From: Gammaproteobacteria bacterium
GTDB lineage: Bacteria > Pseudomonadota > Gammaproteobacteria > Eutrophobiales > Eutrophobiaceae
Direction: 5' to 3'
Assembly (NCBI GenBank): GCA_965222155.1
Contig: CBDCTH010000012.1
Coordinates: 1,088,001 to 1,152,000 of the forward strand
Length of the DNA: 64,000 bases
Numbering within the stretch: the stretch's first letter is position 1; each line of letters starts with the position of its first letter. The notes below the pieces were generated by a model. That model was given only the letters and a program-made list of their open reading frames with translations, was not told the DNA's origin and ran no database searches. This document shows, piece after piece, positions 10,426-20,044 of this stretch. The position numbers were made by a program, and so were the translations under genes.

Positions 10426-10469
10426 GAAAGTATGCAATGTTTTCTACAGCAGGTGATTGAAGAAAGCGT

Positions 10470-10679
10470 TAGCCCGGATTTCTCACCAGTTGATGCGCTG
10501 ATCGCGCCGGATTTTTTGCGCCAGCGGGTGCCGGAGCCTGCCCCGTACTTGATACGGGGACCGAAAGCATAGCCGTAGCTCTGGTTGAGGGACAAATCGT
10601 CAGGACTGACGATTTGCACGGCGACAGCCGCCCGCAGGGTTGCGCCCAGAGCCTGCCCCTGTATGGAGTTGAGCAGGGG
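10470..10679. repeat. Dispersed ~200 bp non-coding element, copy 1 (copy 2 at 19498-19756)
   Basis: TAGCCCGGATTTCTCACCAGTTGATGCG...GACAAATCGTCAGGACTGACGATTTG...AGCCTGCCCCTG...GAGCAGGGG shared with 19498-19756. Confidence 0.85.
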
Positions 10680-10834
10680 GAGGGGCGCAATGAACGCATC
10701 AAGCGCAGTCTGTTATAGCGATATAGTGAGCAGATTATCATAACGTATTGACAGCAAACAACTATCCGATGACGATAAGCGAACTGGTGAGAAATCCGGG
10801 TTATCTGTCTCCTATTTTCCAGAACGAGGAGGTA

Positions 10835-11392
10835 ATGATGAATAAAGTGAATTTTACCGCTATGGATCACGGAACCCGTGAGGACTACGACCTGGTTTTT
10901 ACCCACGATGTTGAGAATGGGTCACACCAGGCAGAGCGGGTAATCGGTTGGTTGCGCGCCATGGACGGGGATTCCCCTTACCATGTCAGCCGCCTTGAAC
11001 ACTGCCTGCAGACTGCCACACGGGCGCAGCAGGATGGCGCCCATGAAGAAACCGTCGTCTGCGCCCTGTTGCATGACATCGGCGACGTGCTCAGTCCTCA
11101 CAACCACTCGCAACTTGCTGCGGCCCTGTTGCGGCCCTATGTCGGCGAAAAAAATTACTGGGTCGTCAAGTACCACGGACTGTTTCAGGGCTATTACTGG
11201 ATGGAGCATTTCAACCAGGACAAAAATGCCCGGAACCGCTATAAGGACCATCCCTACTACCAGGACTGCGTCGATTTCTGCGCCAACTGGGATCAATGCT
11301 CATTCGATCCCGCCTACCCGTCGAAACCGCTTGAACATTTTATCCCCATGGTCGAACGGCTGTTTACCCGAAAGCCGAGTACGTTTGTTTGA
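10835..11392 (+). CDS. HD-domain protein of the PhnZ/TmpB/MIOX-like diiron type
   Basis: VSRLEHCLQTA, LLHDIGD, HNHS, KYHG and WDQ give the H, HD, H, H, D ligand order. ATG at 10835 after GAGGAGG. Confidence 0.75.
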   Translation: MMNKVNFTAMDHGTREDYDLVFTHDVENGSHQAERVIGWLRAMDGDSPYHVSRLEHCLQTATRAQQDGAHEETVVCALLHDIGDVLSPHNHSQLAAALLRPYVGEKNYWVVKYHGLFQGYYWMEHFNQDKNARNRYKDHPYYQDCVDFCANWDQCSFDPAYPSKPLEHFIPMVERLFTRKPSTFV

Positions 11393-11410
11393 ATCCGGAG
11401 CCCCCCGTTC

Positions 11411-11533
11411 GTCATGCCGGGCTTGACCCGGCATCCAGTAAAAAACCGTGGCCCCCGGCTTACAACATGCCGGGGCAAGCTCCGGCGACTCTTTGCTTGG
11501 TCGCATCCAGGGACGGATTTGAAATCCGTCCCC
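11411..11533. repeat. Cluster of three palindrome families (family A arm, TTACAACATG hairpin, family B palindrome)
   Basis: GTCATGCCGGGCTTGACCCGGCATCCAGT; GCCCCCGGCTTACAACATGCCGGGGC; GGGACGGATTTGAAATCCGTCCC. Confidence 0.8.
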
Positions 11534-11576
11534 TTTACTCTTATAATTACTTAAAACAGGATTACATTTTACAGCA

Positions 11577-11932
11577 ATGAAGACCATTACCCTGAAAGCT
11601 GACGATACGTTCCTGCAAAAGGTACGGAACCCGGCAAGATCCGGCCATGCCTGATCAGTCAGAGTGATCTCCTGAATGATGCCAACCACCCGAGCACAAC
11701 GGTCATCCCGCTTACCAGCAGGCTAGTCCGTAACGCTGCCCCATTGCGATTTCGGATCAGTCCCAGAGACGATCTGCAATCATATTCCGAAGTCATGCTG
11801 GACCAGGTAAGAACCATTGACAACAGGCGGATTTCCAACAAATTACTGACGGTATTGACCAAACCGGAACTGGCAGAGGTCGAGGAATACCTCAGAATTG
11901 TACTTGGATTTGATATGTTTGAGGATATTTAA
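11577..11932 (+). pseudogene. Collapsed type II toxin-antitoxin locus: RHH-like antitoxin start joined out of frame to a PemK/MazF toxin body
   Basis: MKTITLKADDTFLQKV from 11577. In another frame from 11612: PAKGTEPGKIRPCLISQSDLLN..STTVIPLTS..SEVMLDQVRTIDNRR (PemK motifs), lacking the toxin N-terminus. Confidence 0.75.
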
Positions 11933-11985
11933 GCGCGGCCACTTCAAATTTCAATGAGAAACTATTTCGATATTTGTGGCAAATT

Positions 11986-12312
11986 CTAGAGGTTAATCAG
12001 CTTTGTATTACAAAACATAATAAGAGTGAAGATTGCAATAATGATCGTCATAACAATTTGTTCTTTAGCAGATTTCCAATTGGGTTTTGGAATATCAGAA
12101 GCATTATCAAGATATTTAACTATTTCATATTCAGCTTTTCTGAATCCGATCCACGATGACCAGTTTGAATAGATAATCACGAGTGAGCTAAATCCGATAT
12201 ATGAAATAAAAATAGGGACTCCGTCAATCAATATTTGTCTTAGATTTTGGTTTAATTCATGGGCAGCCAACAGGTAAATGTTACCTCCCACAATAGTTAA
12301 GGAATACATCAC
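11986..12312 (-). CDS. Hypothetical low-GC membrane protein (possibly a fragment)
   Basis: AT-rich ORF with 2-3 hydrophobic segments; no recognised family. Confidence 0.4.
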   Translation of the reverse strand: MMYSLTIVGGNIYLLAAHELNQNLRQILIDGVPIFISYIGFSSLVIIYSNWSSWIGFRKAEYEIVKYLDNASDIPKPNWKSAKEQIVMTIIIAIFTLIMFCNTKLINL

Positions 12313-12437
12313 CTATATTTCAAATAACTCCGGGTTTCCTCCGTTTATTGCACACGTACAACGGTTTTACGCCCGACCGCGCTGGGTGGGAGGGCAGATA
12401 AGCTGGCGGTGGAACTGATATTTGAGGTTTGCGGAGC

Positions 12438-12573
12438 GTAATGCCGGGCTTGACCCTGCCTTACAACATACCAGGGCAGGCCCGGCATCCAGTAATTCAA
12501 AGTGTCGCCCCCGGCATGTTGTAAGCCGGGGGCGACGTATTATTAACTGGATTCCGGCTTTCGCCGGAATGAC
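12438..12573. repeat. Family A doublet with two nested TTACAACAT hairpins
   Basis: Left arm interrupted by CCCTGCCTTACAACATACCAGGGCAGG; central GTCGCCCCCGGCATGTTGTAAGCCGGGGGCGAC; right arm at 12546-12573. Confidence 0.8.
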
Positions 12574-12650
12574 GTGCGGGGGACGGTCACCGGTAGATAC
12601 TCTCGGCGGTGAAATAACGCCGCCGGTTTTCTATGAATTGCAGAAACCTT

Positions 12651-12745
12651 TTCAGCTTTTCTGAATCCGATCCACGATGACCAGTTTGAATAGATAATCA
12701 CGAGTGAGCTAAATCCGAATCAAGATATTTAACTATTTCATATTC
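12651..12745 (+). repeat. Permuted duplicate of part of the low-GC ORF
   Basis: 12651-12718 = 12130-12197 and 12719-12745 = 12106-12132. Confidence 0.85.
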
Positions 12746-12820
12746 GCTGCGCCAATATCTCGTAGTCACCGGCCCGGTACAACTCGGACAATGATTTAAT
12801 TGTTGATTGCTCGATCCTGC

Positions 12821-14818
12821 TCATTCGCCCAGGATCTCAGGTCCCAGTGCTTCTTTCAGGGGGCCCAGCCAGGGTTCAAAGTTGCGCCATTGTTCCAGCC
12901 CGGTCTTGTAGATAGGCTGCCTGACCTGTTCGGAACTGGGGGTACGGATACTACGTTCAGTCTGGTGGTAGTCCACACATGCCTGCTCGAACGGCAGGCC
13001 ACAGAAATCAAGAATCCTGCGTACCTGCTCCTCCAGGTTATTCACAACGTCCTCGTGCTGAACGCGTAGAACGAAGCCGGGCAATACCCGCTCCCAATGA
13101 TCCATGAGTTTTACGTATTGCCGGTAATAATTGCCTATTTCTTTCAGGCCGTACGAAAACTCCTGCCCCTCGCCAAACAGTTGTTTGAAGCCACTGAAAC
13201 AGCAGGCCACAGGGTGGCGACGCGCATCAATAATCCTGGCATTCGGCAGGATGAGTTTTATCAGCCCGATATGGAAAAAATTGTTTGGCATCTTGTCGGT
13301 AAAAAACGGAGCGGCGCCCCGGTAGGCGTGGGTATTCTGAATGAATTGCTCACCAAATCTCCGAAAATAATCATCATCAAGCTGCGTCAGGATCTTCGGA
13401 TATCTGGGTATCCCATCCTGAGCATTGTCCCTGCCGCGCAGCCGTTTTGCCAGGTTCAGGATATTGTGCAGTTCCATGGTACCATCAACCTGGGAATGCG
13501 ACGACAGTATCTGTTCAAGCAGCGTTGACCCCGCTCGTGGCAGCCCGACAATAAAAATGGGATCGGGCACTTCCAGGCCCACCCCTTTTTTAGCAGAAAA
13601 TAATTCCTCGGTACACACCGTTATCTGACTGTCGATCCTTACCTGTAATTGCCCGGGGCTGTGATGAGTTTTCGATTGTTTCAGGGTGTTGCCTTTATCA
13701 TAATAGTCAAACGACTGTCCATATTCCCGTCTGTCTTCATAGGCATTGCCCAAGGCAAAACACAGTTGAACGCGGTCATCCTCGCCGGTCGCCGGGTCTG
13801 CCTCCAGTGCCGTCATTTGCGCCAATTCGTCTTCGGTGAACACATAGGATTTTGTGTTCGCCAGACTCCAGTAGGCATCGCCATGATCCCGCTTGATCCC
13901 GTATGCTTTCCGGTAAAGTTCTACGGCCTTGTCGATATCGCCGTCTGTTTTGTGTACATGGGCCAGGGAAACCGGGAAAAAATGATTTTCAGGATGTTGT
14001 TCCATAAGGAGCCTGTAGCTTTTGATGGCGGCTTCATTCTTGCCAACTCCGGTACAGGCGTTGGCATAGAGTGACTGAATGATGTTCGCGTCGTCAGGAT
14101 ACTTGTCGATAAGAAATTCAGCCTGTTCAAGGGCATTACTGAACTTCTGCACTCTCAGCAGTATGTTGACATATTGGATACGCGCGTCACGGTGTTCAGG
14201 GTTGAATTCGACGCAGCTCTCCAGCAGAAATTCAGCTTCATCATAAATCTTGTTGCGGGTTGCTATCTCGGCAAGCAGCCGCATTCCTTCCGCGTGTGTT
14301 TTATCCGAACGCAGAAAGTGTTTGCACAAGCGCTCCGCATCGACCAGTTTGTCGTCTGACATATAACTGATCACTCCGAGGAGCTCAGTTGGCAGCCCGC
14401 TCAGAAACTTGACCTGCTCCTGCGCGGATGCCATGCGTTCTTTATTGCCTGTGTCCTGGTAGAGTTTGGCCAGACACTTCCAACTGTTAATGAGTGAGGG
14501 GTCAGCGCTGATCGCTTTTTCAAACGCGGCGCCGGCGCGGGAGTACTCTTTCAGGGCTATATGGTTATAGCCTACCTCCTGGTACGCCCGGCCAAAACTG
14601 GGCTTATGCTTGAGTATCTTTGACAGTGTTGACAGCGCCAGCATCCACCTGTGTTGATGGCGCTGCGCCACGGCCATGGCATATTGCGCCTCGATATTGT
14701 CCGGCTCGGTGTGCAGTAACGCTTTCATCAACTGCTCGGCCCTGTCCGGCTCATTTTTCCCCAGCAGATACTGGGCTTCCTGTATCCTGGTTTGCGCTTC
14801 AGTCATGCTCTGTGTCAT
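12821..14818 (-). CDS. TPR-repeat sulfotransferase (Sulfotransfer_3 type)
   Basis: N-terminal TPR helices; PIFIVGLPRAGSTLLEQILSSH, DKMPNNF, IIDARRHP, RTPSSEQVRQPI. Confidence 0.92.
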   Translation of the reverse strand: MTQSMTEAQTRIQEAQYLLGKNEPDRAEQLMKALLHTEPDNIEAQYAMAVAQRHQHRWMLALSTLSKILKHKPSFGRAYQEVGYNHIALKEYSRAGAAFEKAISADPSLINSWKCLAKLYQDTGNKERMASAQEQVKFLSGLPTELLGVISYMSDDKLVDAERLCKHFLRSDKTHAEGMRLLAEIATRNKIYDEAEFLLESCVEFNPEHRDARIQYVNILLRVQKFSNALEQAEFLIDKYPDDANIIQSLYANACTGVGKNEAAIKSYRLLMEQHPENHFFPVSLAHVHKTDGDIDKAVELYRKAYGIKRDHGDAYWSLANTKSYVFTEDELAQMTALEADPATGEDDRVQLCFALGNAYEDRREYGQSFDYYDKGNTLKQSKTHHSPGQLQVRIDSQITVCTEELFSAKKGVGLEVPDPIFIVGLPRAGSTLLEQILSSHSQVDGTMELHNILNLAKRLRGRDNAQDGIPRYPKILTQLDDDYFRRFGEQFIQNTHAYRGAAPFFTDKMPNNFFHIGLIKLILPNARIIDARRHPVACCFSGFKQLFGEGQEFSYGLKEIGNYYRQYVKLMDHWERVLPGFVLRVQHEDVVNNLEEQVRRILDFCGLPFEQACVDYHQTERSIRTPSSEQVRQPIYKTGLEQWRNFEPWLGPLKEALGPEILGE

Positions 14819-14842
14819 TGCCGGTGACCACCTTACGGAAAT

Positions 14843-14868
14843 AAAAAGGGCGAATCGAAATTCGCCCT
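14843..14868 (-). terminator. Rho-independent terminator downstream of the TonB-dependent receptor
   Basis: Minus strand: AGGGCGAA-TTTCGA-TTCGCCCT followed by TTTT. Confidence 0.6.
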
Positions 14869-15001
14869 CTTATATTACTACAGCAGATTGTTCAGGTAAG
14901 TTTTGAATAACTCCATCCTGGAACTGCCAAAGCGCCAAAACCAAAAATGTGGTCGGCACATCCGTGTACCATTGGAAACCCTGGATAAACTCAGGGTTTC
15001 C

Positions 15002-17839
15002 CTAGTATTTATACGATAATCTCAGACCGATGGTACGCGGCCGTTGAACGCTGACTACAGGTGTGTAATGGCCTGCAATCTGCATGACACGCCCATCTTC
15101 GTTATTCACGTTGTCAACGAAAACCTCGGCTCCCCAGTTGTCGCTCTCCAGGCCGAAAGCAACATTGAGGGTGGTAGCGCTTGGATTGACAAAGCGCGAG
15201 CTCTTGGCCAACCGACTGCCACCCGAGCCATCCGGTATCTCAACGGTACCGTAGGTTCCGCCTTCGTCCTGGAGTTTCAGGCCGGAGTAGCTGCCGGACT
15301 GCCTGAACAGGGTATCGTCCATAAACTCTGCACTGCCGACTACGCCTGATACACTTTCACCCCTGTGGTTGACGCTGGCGAGTACATATGCATTGCCTCC
15401 TATCGCATTGAACGGAAAGTCGTAACGCGCCCTCAGGTTGCCGGAAAATGTCGGTGAGAGCGGGAGCTCACTGCCTTCGGGAACCGCTATACCCGCCAAC
15501 TGCGGGTTCAGTTTGGTGATCTCCGTGTCAAGGAGGCTGAAAGCGCCGGATATGGTCAGGGCAGTGGAAGGAGCCCACTGGAAGTCAGCATCCAGACCCT
15601 TGGTTTCCGCGTCACCGACATTCTCAATGAAGAACAGGAAGGCCACGTTTGAAGGGTCAAAACGCGATACCTGCAAGCCGCTGATATCCGTTTGGTAAAG
15701 GGATGCATTCAATCTCAGGGAACCGTTAAAAAGAATGCTTTTCATGCCGATTTCATAGCTGGTCAGATTGTCGGTCTCGGCCACCGCCGGCACCACGTAG
15801 TTTTCAAAAACCCCAGTCTGGTTGGTGGATAGCTGGCCGGCGTTACGGTTCTGGGTCGCCGGGCGATAGCCCTCGGCGTAGTTCATGAATACCAACCAAT
15901 CGTCATTGGGCTGCCAACTCAGGGAGAGTTTCATAATGACGTCACTTTCTTTGATGGAACCATCGGAATTAAAGTTGCTGATATTCAGGTGTCCGTTCTT
16001 GATGGCATCAAGCGTTGCCTGATTAGTGCCGCCGCCGCGGAACATCTCCCGCGCCCCGTTCGGACTGCGAGCGTCCAGGATGATGCTGTCGTCGCCGCTG
16101 CTGTTGTATTGCCCCAGTGTCTGCAAGCGTGCGGTAACGTCATTGCTGAACGCATGACTGTTACAGCGGCCGTCGGCGGTTCTCTCGGAATTACCGAACC
16201 CTTGCGGCGCAATGCCATAGCGGCAACCGAAGGAGAAGTTGGACGCGCCCTGTAACTGTGAGGTCAGGTCATAATAACGGGCGCTGAACGAGGTTGTCAG
16301 CGTGTCGGAGAAATCAAATGCAAATTCGCCAAATATCGCCCATTCCTCTTCGGTACGGGTAAAGTCGTTGAAGAAGACGGTAGCCGAACTGCGCGGGCCG
16401 GAAGTTGCATTTACACCGGCGGTAGGAATAGTGGTGTTCCCCAGCAGGAAGCCGTCACCTGAATTATCGTTGTAGTAACTACTGATATGCTCACTGAACG
16501 CCTCATTGGTGGACGGGTATTCAAAGTCGCCCAGATGATTGGTTTCCACGTCGTTATAGTAAGCGCCACCCAGTACTCTCAGGCGATTGGCAGGATCAGT
16601 ACTGATCCGGAACTCATGGGTCATCCGGGTATTTTCCGTATCCTCGACATACTGCTTGGTGGGGTCAAAGCAATTGTTCGGATCGAGACCGGTCGAATCG
16701 TATATATTGCCGCTACAGAGGTAGTAGGTGATATAGCCGCCACCATTGTTGTAATGGGTGTAGTCGATAACACTCTCTACGTCACGATTCAAGTAACCGC
16801 CGGTGTATATGACATCCAGGTTGCCAATACGGCCATTAAGGGTCCAGGTGGTAAGTCCGAATTCATCTTCGTTGTAATCCTCGGAAAATCTGGCGGAAGA
16901 CTCCTCCCCGCCGAGGCTGGTATCGACCAGGAACACGCCATCTACGTCCAGTTCCTGGTATGTGTGCTGAACCAGGACGTCCCAATCGTCATTGATATCA
17001 AAAGCCAGGGCGGCGCGCCCGCCGCGATAGGTTGCTTCATTCCAGTTGTTCTCTACCAGGGCATCGTTTCTAGCAGTTGCAATGGAATCGGCGCCGGTCA
17101 AAGGAGGACCGAAACCCGCAACGTTGTTGCGGTCAATCACTTCGCCACTGGGCGTAAAAGTAGCGGGTATATTATCAATCCAACCCCCCTGGTCGTCGTT
17201 GTAAAGAACTATACGCGCGGCCAGTCTTTCCGTTATCGGCACGTTCAGGAAGGCATCTACGGAATAACTGTCCGAACCGCTCTTGGTGTTCCCGTACTTG
17301 GCGTTAATGCCTCCCTGCACCTCACCCTGCACCGGCTTGTTGGTGATCAGGCGCACGTTGCCGGATTGGGAACTGGCGCCAAAAAGCGTACCCTGAGGAC
17401 CGGACAGTACCTCAATACGCTCCATATCAACCGCGTACACATCCAGGTTGCGGCCACCGAAGGAAACAGGCTGCTCATCCAGGTAAAGGGCGACACCGGG
17501 TGCGGAACCCTGCGCCGAGGATATGGTCACACTGGTCTGCTCGGTGGCGCTGCCGCGAATATAGAGTTCTTTTTTACCGGGGCCATTACCTGCGCTCACA
17601 ACGTTCGGCAGGTACTCCACGTACTTGTCAAAGGTCTCGACGCGAAGTTCTCTGAGCGTGTCGCCGCTTACTGCCTGCACAGTGATAGGCACATCTTGCG
17701 CGCTCTCAGCCCGCTTGGTCGCCGTTACGATTATCTCTTCGATCTGGGCATTGACCGGGGCGTTGATGGCTGTTGCAGTGATGGCTGACAGGATTGCGCA
17801 GCTCAGTTTATTCCGTTTGAAATCAACCTTATTGGACAT
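15002..17839 (-). CDS. TonB-dependent receptor
   Basis: Signal peptide, TonB box EEIIVTATKR, plug motif DMERIEVLSGPQGTLFG, C-terminal PRTIGLRLSYKY. Confidence 0.93.
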   Translation of the reverse strand: MSNKVDFKRNKLSCAILSAITATAINAPVNAQIEEIIVTATKRAESAQDVPITVQAVSGDTLRELRVETFDKYVEYLPNVVSAGNGPGKKELYIRGSATEQTSVTISSAQGSAPGVALYLDEQPVSFGGRNLDVYAVDMERIEVLSGPQGTLFGASSQSGNVRLITNKPVQGEVQGGINAKYGNTKSGSDSYSVDAFLNVPITERLAARIVLYNDDQGGWIDNIPATFTPSGEVIDRNNVAGFGPPLTGADSIATARNDALVENNWNEATYRGGRAALAFDINDDWDVLVQHTYQELDVDGVFLVDTSLGGEESSARFSEDYNEDEFGLTTWTLNGRIGNLDVIYTGGYLNRDVESVIDYTHYNNGGGYITYYLCSGNIYDSTGLDPNNCFDPTKQYVEDTENTRMTHEFRISTDPANRLRVLGGAYYNDVETNHLGDFEYPSTNEAFSEHISSYYNDNSGDGFLLGNTTIPTAGVNATSGPRSSATVFFNDFTRTEEEWAIFGEFAFDFSDTLTTSFSARYYDLTSQLQGASNFSFGCRYGIAPQGFGNSERTADGRCNSHAFSNDVTARLQTLGQYNSSGDDSIILDARSPNGAREMFRGGGTNQATLDAIKNGHLNISNFNSDGSIKESDVIMKLSLSWQPNDDWLVFMNYAEGYRPATQNRNAGQLSTNQTGVFENYVVPAVAETDNLTSYEIGMKSILFNGSLRLNASLYQTDISGLQVSRFDPSNVAFLFFIENVGDAETKGLDADFQWAPSTALTISGAFSLLDTEITKLNPQLAGIAVPEGSELPLSPTFSGNLRARYDFPFNAIGGNAYVLASVNHRGESVSGVVGSAEFMDDTLFRQSGSYSGLKLQDEGGTYGTVEIPDGSGGSRLAKSSRFVNPSATTLNVAFGLESDNWGAEVFVDNVNNEDGRVMQIAGHYTPVVSVQRPRTIGLRLSYKY

Positions 17840-18104
17840 ATTATTACCTCTGAAATTGGCTTAATTCGTCATTATAGAAGAGGGGAATTTTATTACAATC
17901 AAAAAATCGACCTTTTTTATATTATATACGACATTGTTGGAATAATGATACACAGTCATTTCAGCCTCACAAGGTTGATACCTTGTTGACGATATTATAT
18001 CTATGACATTGACATGGTTGACAGTCCGACGAGTTTAATCAGTTACCCGACCTATGGGAACAGGCTGGAAAACCGGCTGTTATCCCTGTAACCTGTTGGA
18101 TATC

Positions 18105-19415
18105 ATGGAAAACAAAATCTCCACTGCGCTGGAGCGCCTGTTCAAACTGTCGGAACATGACACGAAGATCCGCACCGAGGTGCTGGCAGGTGTTACCACC
18201 TTCGTCACCATGGCCTACATTATCTTCGTCAATCCACAGATGATGGCTGCCGCCGGTATCGATCCGGGCGCCAGTTTTGTCGCAACCTGCCTGGCCTCGG
18301 CGCTGGCCTGTATTTTCATGGGTCTGTACGCGAACTGGCCGGTCGGGCTGGCGCCGGGTATGGGCATGAACGCGTTTTTCACTTATACCGTGGTCGGCAG
18401 CATGGGCTACAGTTGGCAGGTCGGGTTGGGAGCGGTGTTTCTTTCCGGAGTGCTGTTCGTGATCATCAGCGTTACCCGTCTGCGCCGCTGGATGCTGAAC
18501 AGTATCCCCATGAACCTGCGTCTCGCCATGGGATGTGGAGTGGGTCTGTTTATCGGTTTTATCGGTTTGCAGAATGGCGGTCTCGTTGTTGCCAATCCTG
18601 CCACGATCCTGACCCTGGGAGACCTGACCCGGCTGGAGCCCATGCTGGCGGCTATCGGCTTCCTGGTGATCGCCTGTCTAGGTGTACGCGCCGTCCCCGG
18701 CGCCATCATGCTGGGTATCCTGGCAATGACGGTCGTCGGCCTGCTCACCGGCCTGGTCTCCTACCAGGGGCTGGTTTCCGCGCCGCCCGATATGACTGCA
18801 ACCTTCCTGCAACTGGACCTCGCGGGTGCACTGGATATGGCCATGATCAGCGTGGTCGCGGCTTTCCTGTTCGTCAACCTGTTCGATACCACGGGTACGC
18901 TGATGGGCGTTGCCAACCGGGCTGGCCTGGTTGACGACAAGGGTAATATCCGGGATATGGACCGGGCGCTGAAGGCTGACAGTTCCTCCAGTGTTGTCGG
19001 CGCCTGTCTTGGCTGCACGCCGGTTACCAGCTATGTGGAAAGTGTAGCGGGTATCGCCAGCGGCGGCCGCACCGGGCTTACCGCAGTGACGGTCGGCGTC
19101 CTGTTCCTGCTGGCCGTATTCTTTGCGCCCCTGGCGCGCATGGTGCCTGAATTCGCCACCTCCGGCGCCCTGGTCTTTGTGGCCATGCTGATGCTGGGCG
19201 GCATGCGCGACCTGGACTGGGAAGATGCTACCGAACTGGTCCCTGCGCTGCTGACAATCGTGGCCATCCCGTTGACCTTCTCCATTGCAGACGGCATTGC
19301 CGTGGGTTTTATAACTTACGTCAGCCTCAAACTGGCAACCGGCAAATTCAGCGAGATTTCCGCCGGCGTCTGGTTTCTGGCGCTGATCTTCCTGGCCAGG
19401 TTTGTATTTATTTAA
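18105..19415 (+). CDS. NCS2/AzgA-family purine permease
   Basis: RTEVLAGVTTFVTMAYIIFVNP, LAPGMGMNAFF, FDTTGTL, TSYVES.AG..SGGRTGLT, PLTFSIADG. Confidence 0.92.
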   Translation: MENKISTALERLFKLSEHDTKIRTEVLAGVTTFVTMAYIIFVNPQMMAAAGIDPGASFVATCLASALACIFMGLYANWPVGLAPGMGMNAFFTYTVVGSMGYSWQVGLGAVFLSGVLFVIISVTRLRRWMLNSIPMNLRLAMGCGVGLFIGFIGLQNGGLVVANPATILTLGDLTRLEPMLAAIGFLVIACLGVRAVPGAIMLGILAMTVVGLLTGLVSYQGLVSAPPDMTATFLQLDLAGALDMAMISVVAAFLFVNLFDTTGTLMGVANRAGLVDDKGNIRDMDRALKADSSSSVVGACLGCTPVTSYVESVAGIASGGRTGLTAVTVGVLFLLAVFFAPLARMVPEFATSGALVFVAMLMLGGMRDLDWEDATELVPALLTIVAIPLTFSIADGIAVGFITYVSLKLATGKFSEISAGVWFLALIFLARFVFI

Positions 19416-19497
19416 CCCGAAAACCCCGAGGAGCGCATTTTTCCAGCCATGCCGATCAACAGGAATCTGTAGCACCAGTCCGTCGAGCCACCACCGC

Positions 19498-19756
19498 TAG
19501 CCCGGATTTCTCACCAGTTGATGCGATGATCGCGCTGGATTTTTGCCGCCAGCGGGTGCCTGCGACCGAAAGCATAGCCGTAGTTGATGTGCGCCCTCCA
19601 TGGCGCGCACCCTGCGGGCATCCTTCGGATGTCCAAATCTGCTCCAGGCAGATTTGTCTGGTTGAGGGACAAATCGTCAGGACTGACGATTTGCACGGCG
19701 ACAGCCGCCCGCAGGGTTGCGTCCAGAGCCTGCCCCTGTAGGGCGTTGAGCAGGGG
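19498..19756. repeat. Dispersed non-coding element, copy 2, with a different internal insert
   Basis: Same ends and core as 10470-10679, plus a ~72 bp hairpin-rich insert at ~19585-19656. Confidence 0.85.
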
Positions 19757-20044
19757 GCACCCGCTGTTGGGAGACCTGCCTCAGGGGCGGTTCCCGTACC
19801 CGTATACAGGACCGGACAGATTGCGTATTACAGATGAGGACATGCTTAGTGTTTCTGACAAGGACTATTCCATTTGTTGACAACACTTAAATGACGCTAT
19901 ATATCGCTATATGTCGCATATGCATGTAACAACGTCGTGCTGCCATATACACGAAATCACCGGCTAATCCAGACTTCCGCAAAATTGCAGTTCAGGAAAA
20001 GTGGGCAGATTTAAATCTGTACTCCCTTAAGTTACTCATGAGGC

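Noticed and set aside
16487-17788. 433 aa plus-strand ORF
   Set aside because: Antisense shadow of the TonB receptor with no recognisable motifs; the same applies to most overlapping ORFs in the track (e.g. 44214-45137, 18678-19475).
17840-18104. Purine riboswitch upstream of the NCS2 permease
   Set aside because: AT-rich divergent promoter region without a recognisable purine aptamer core.
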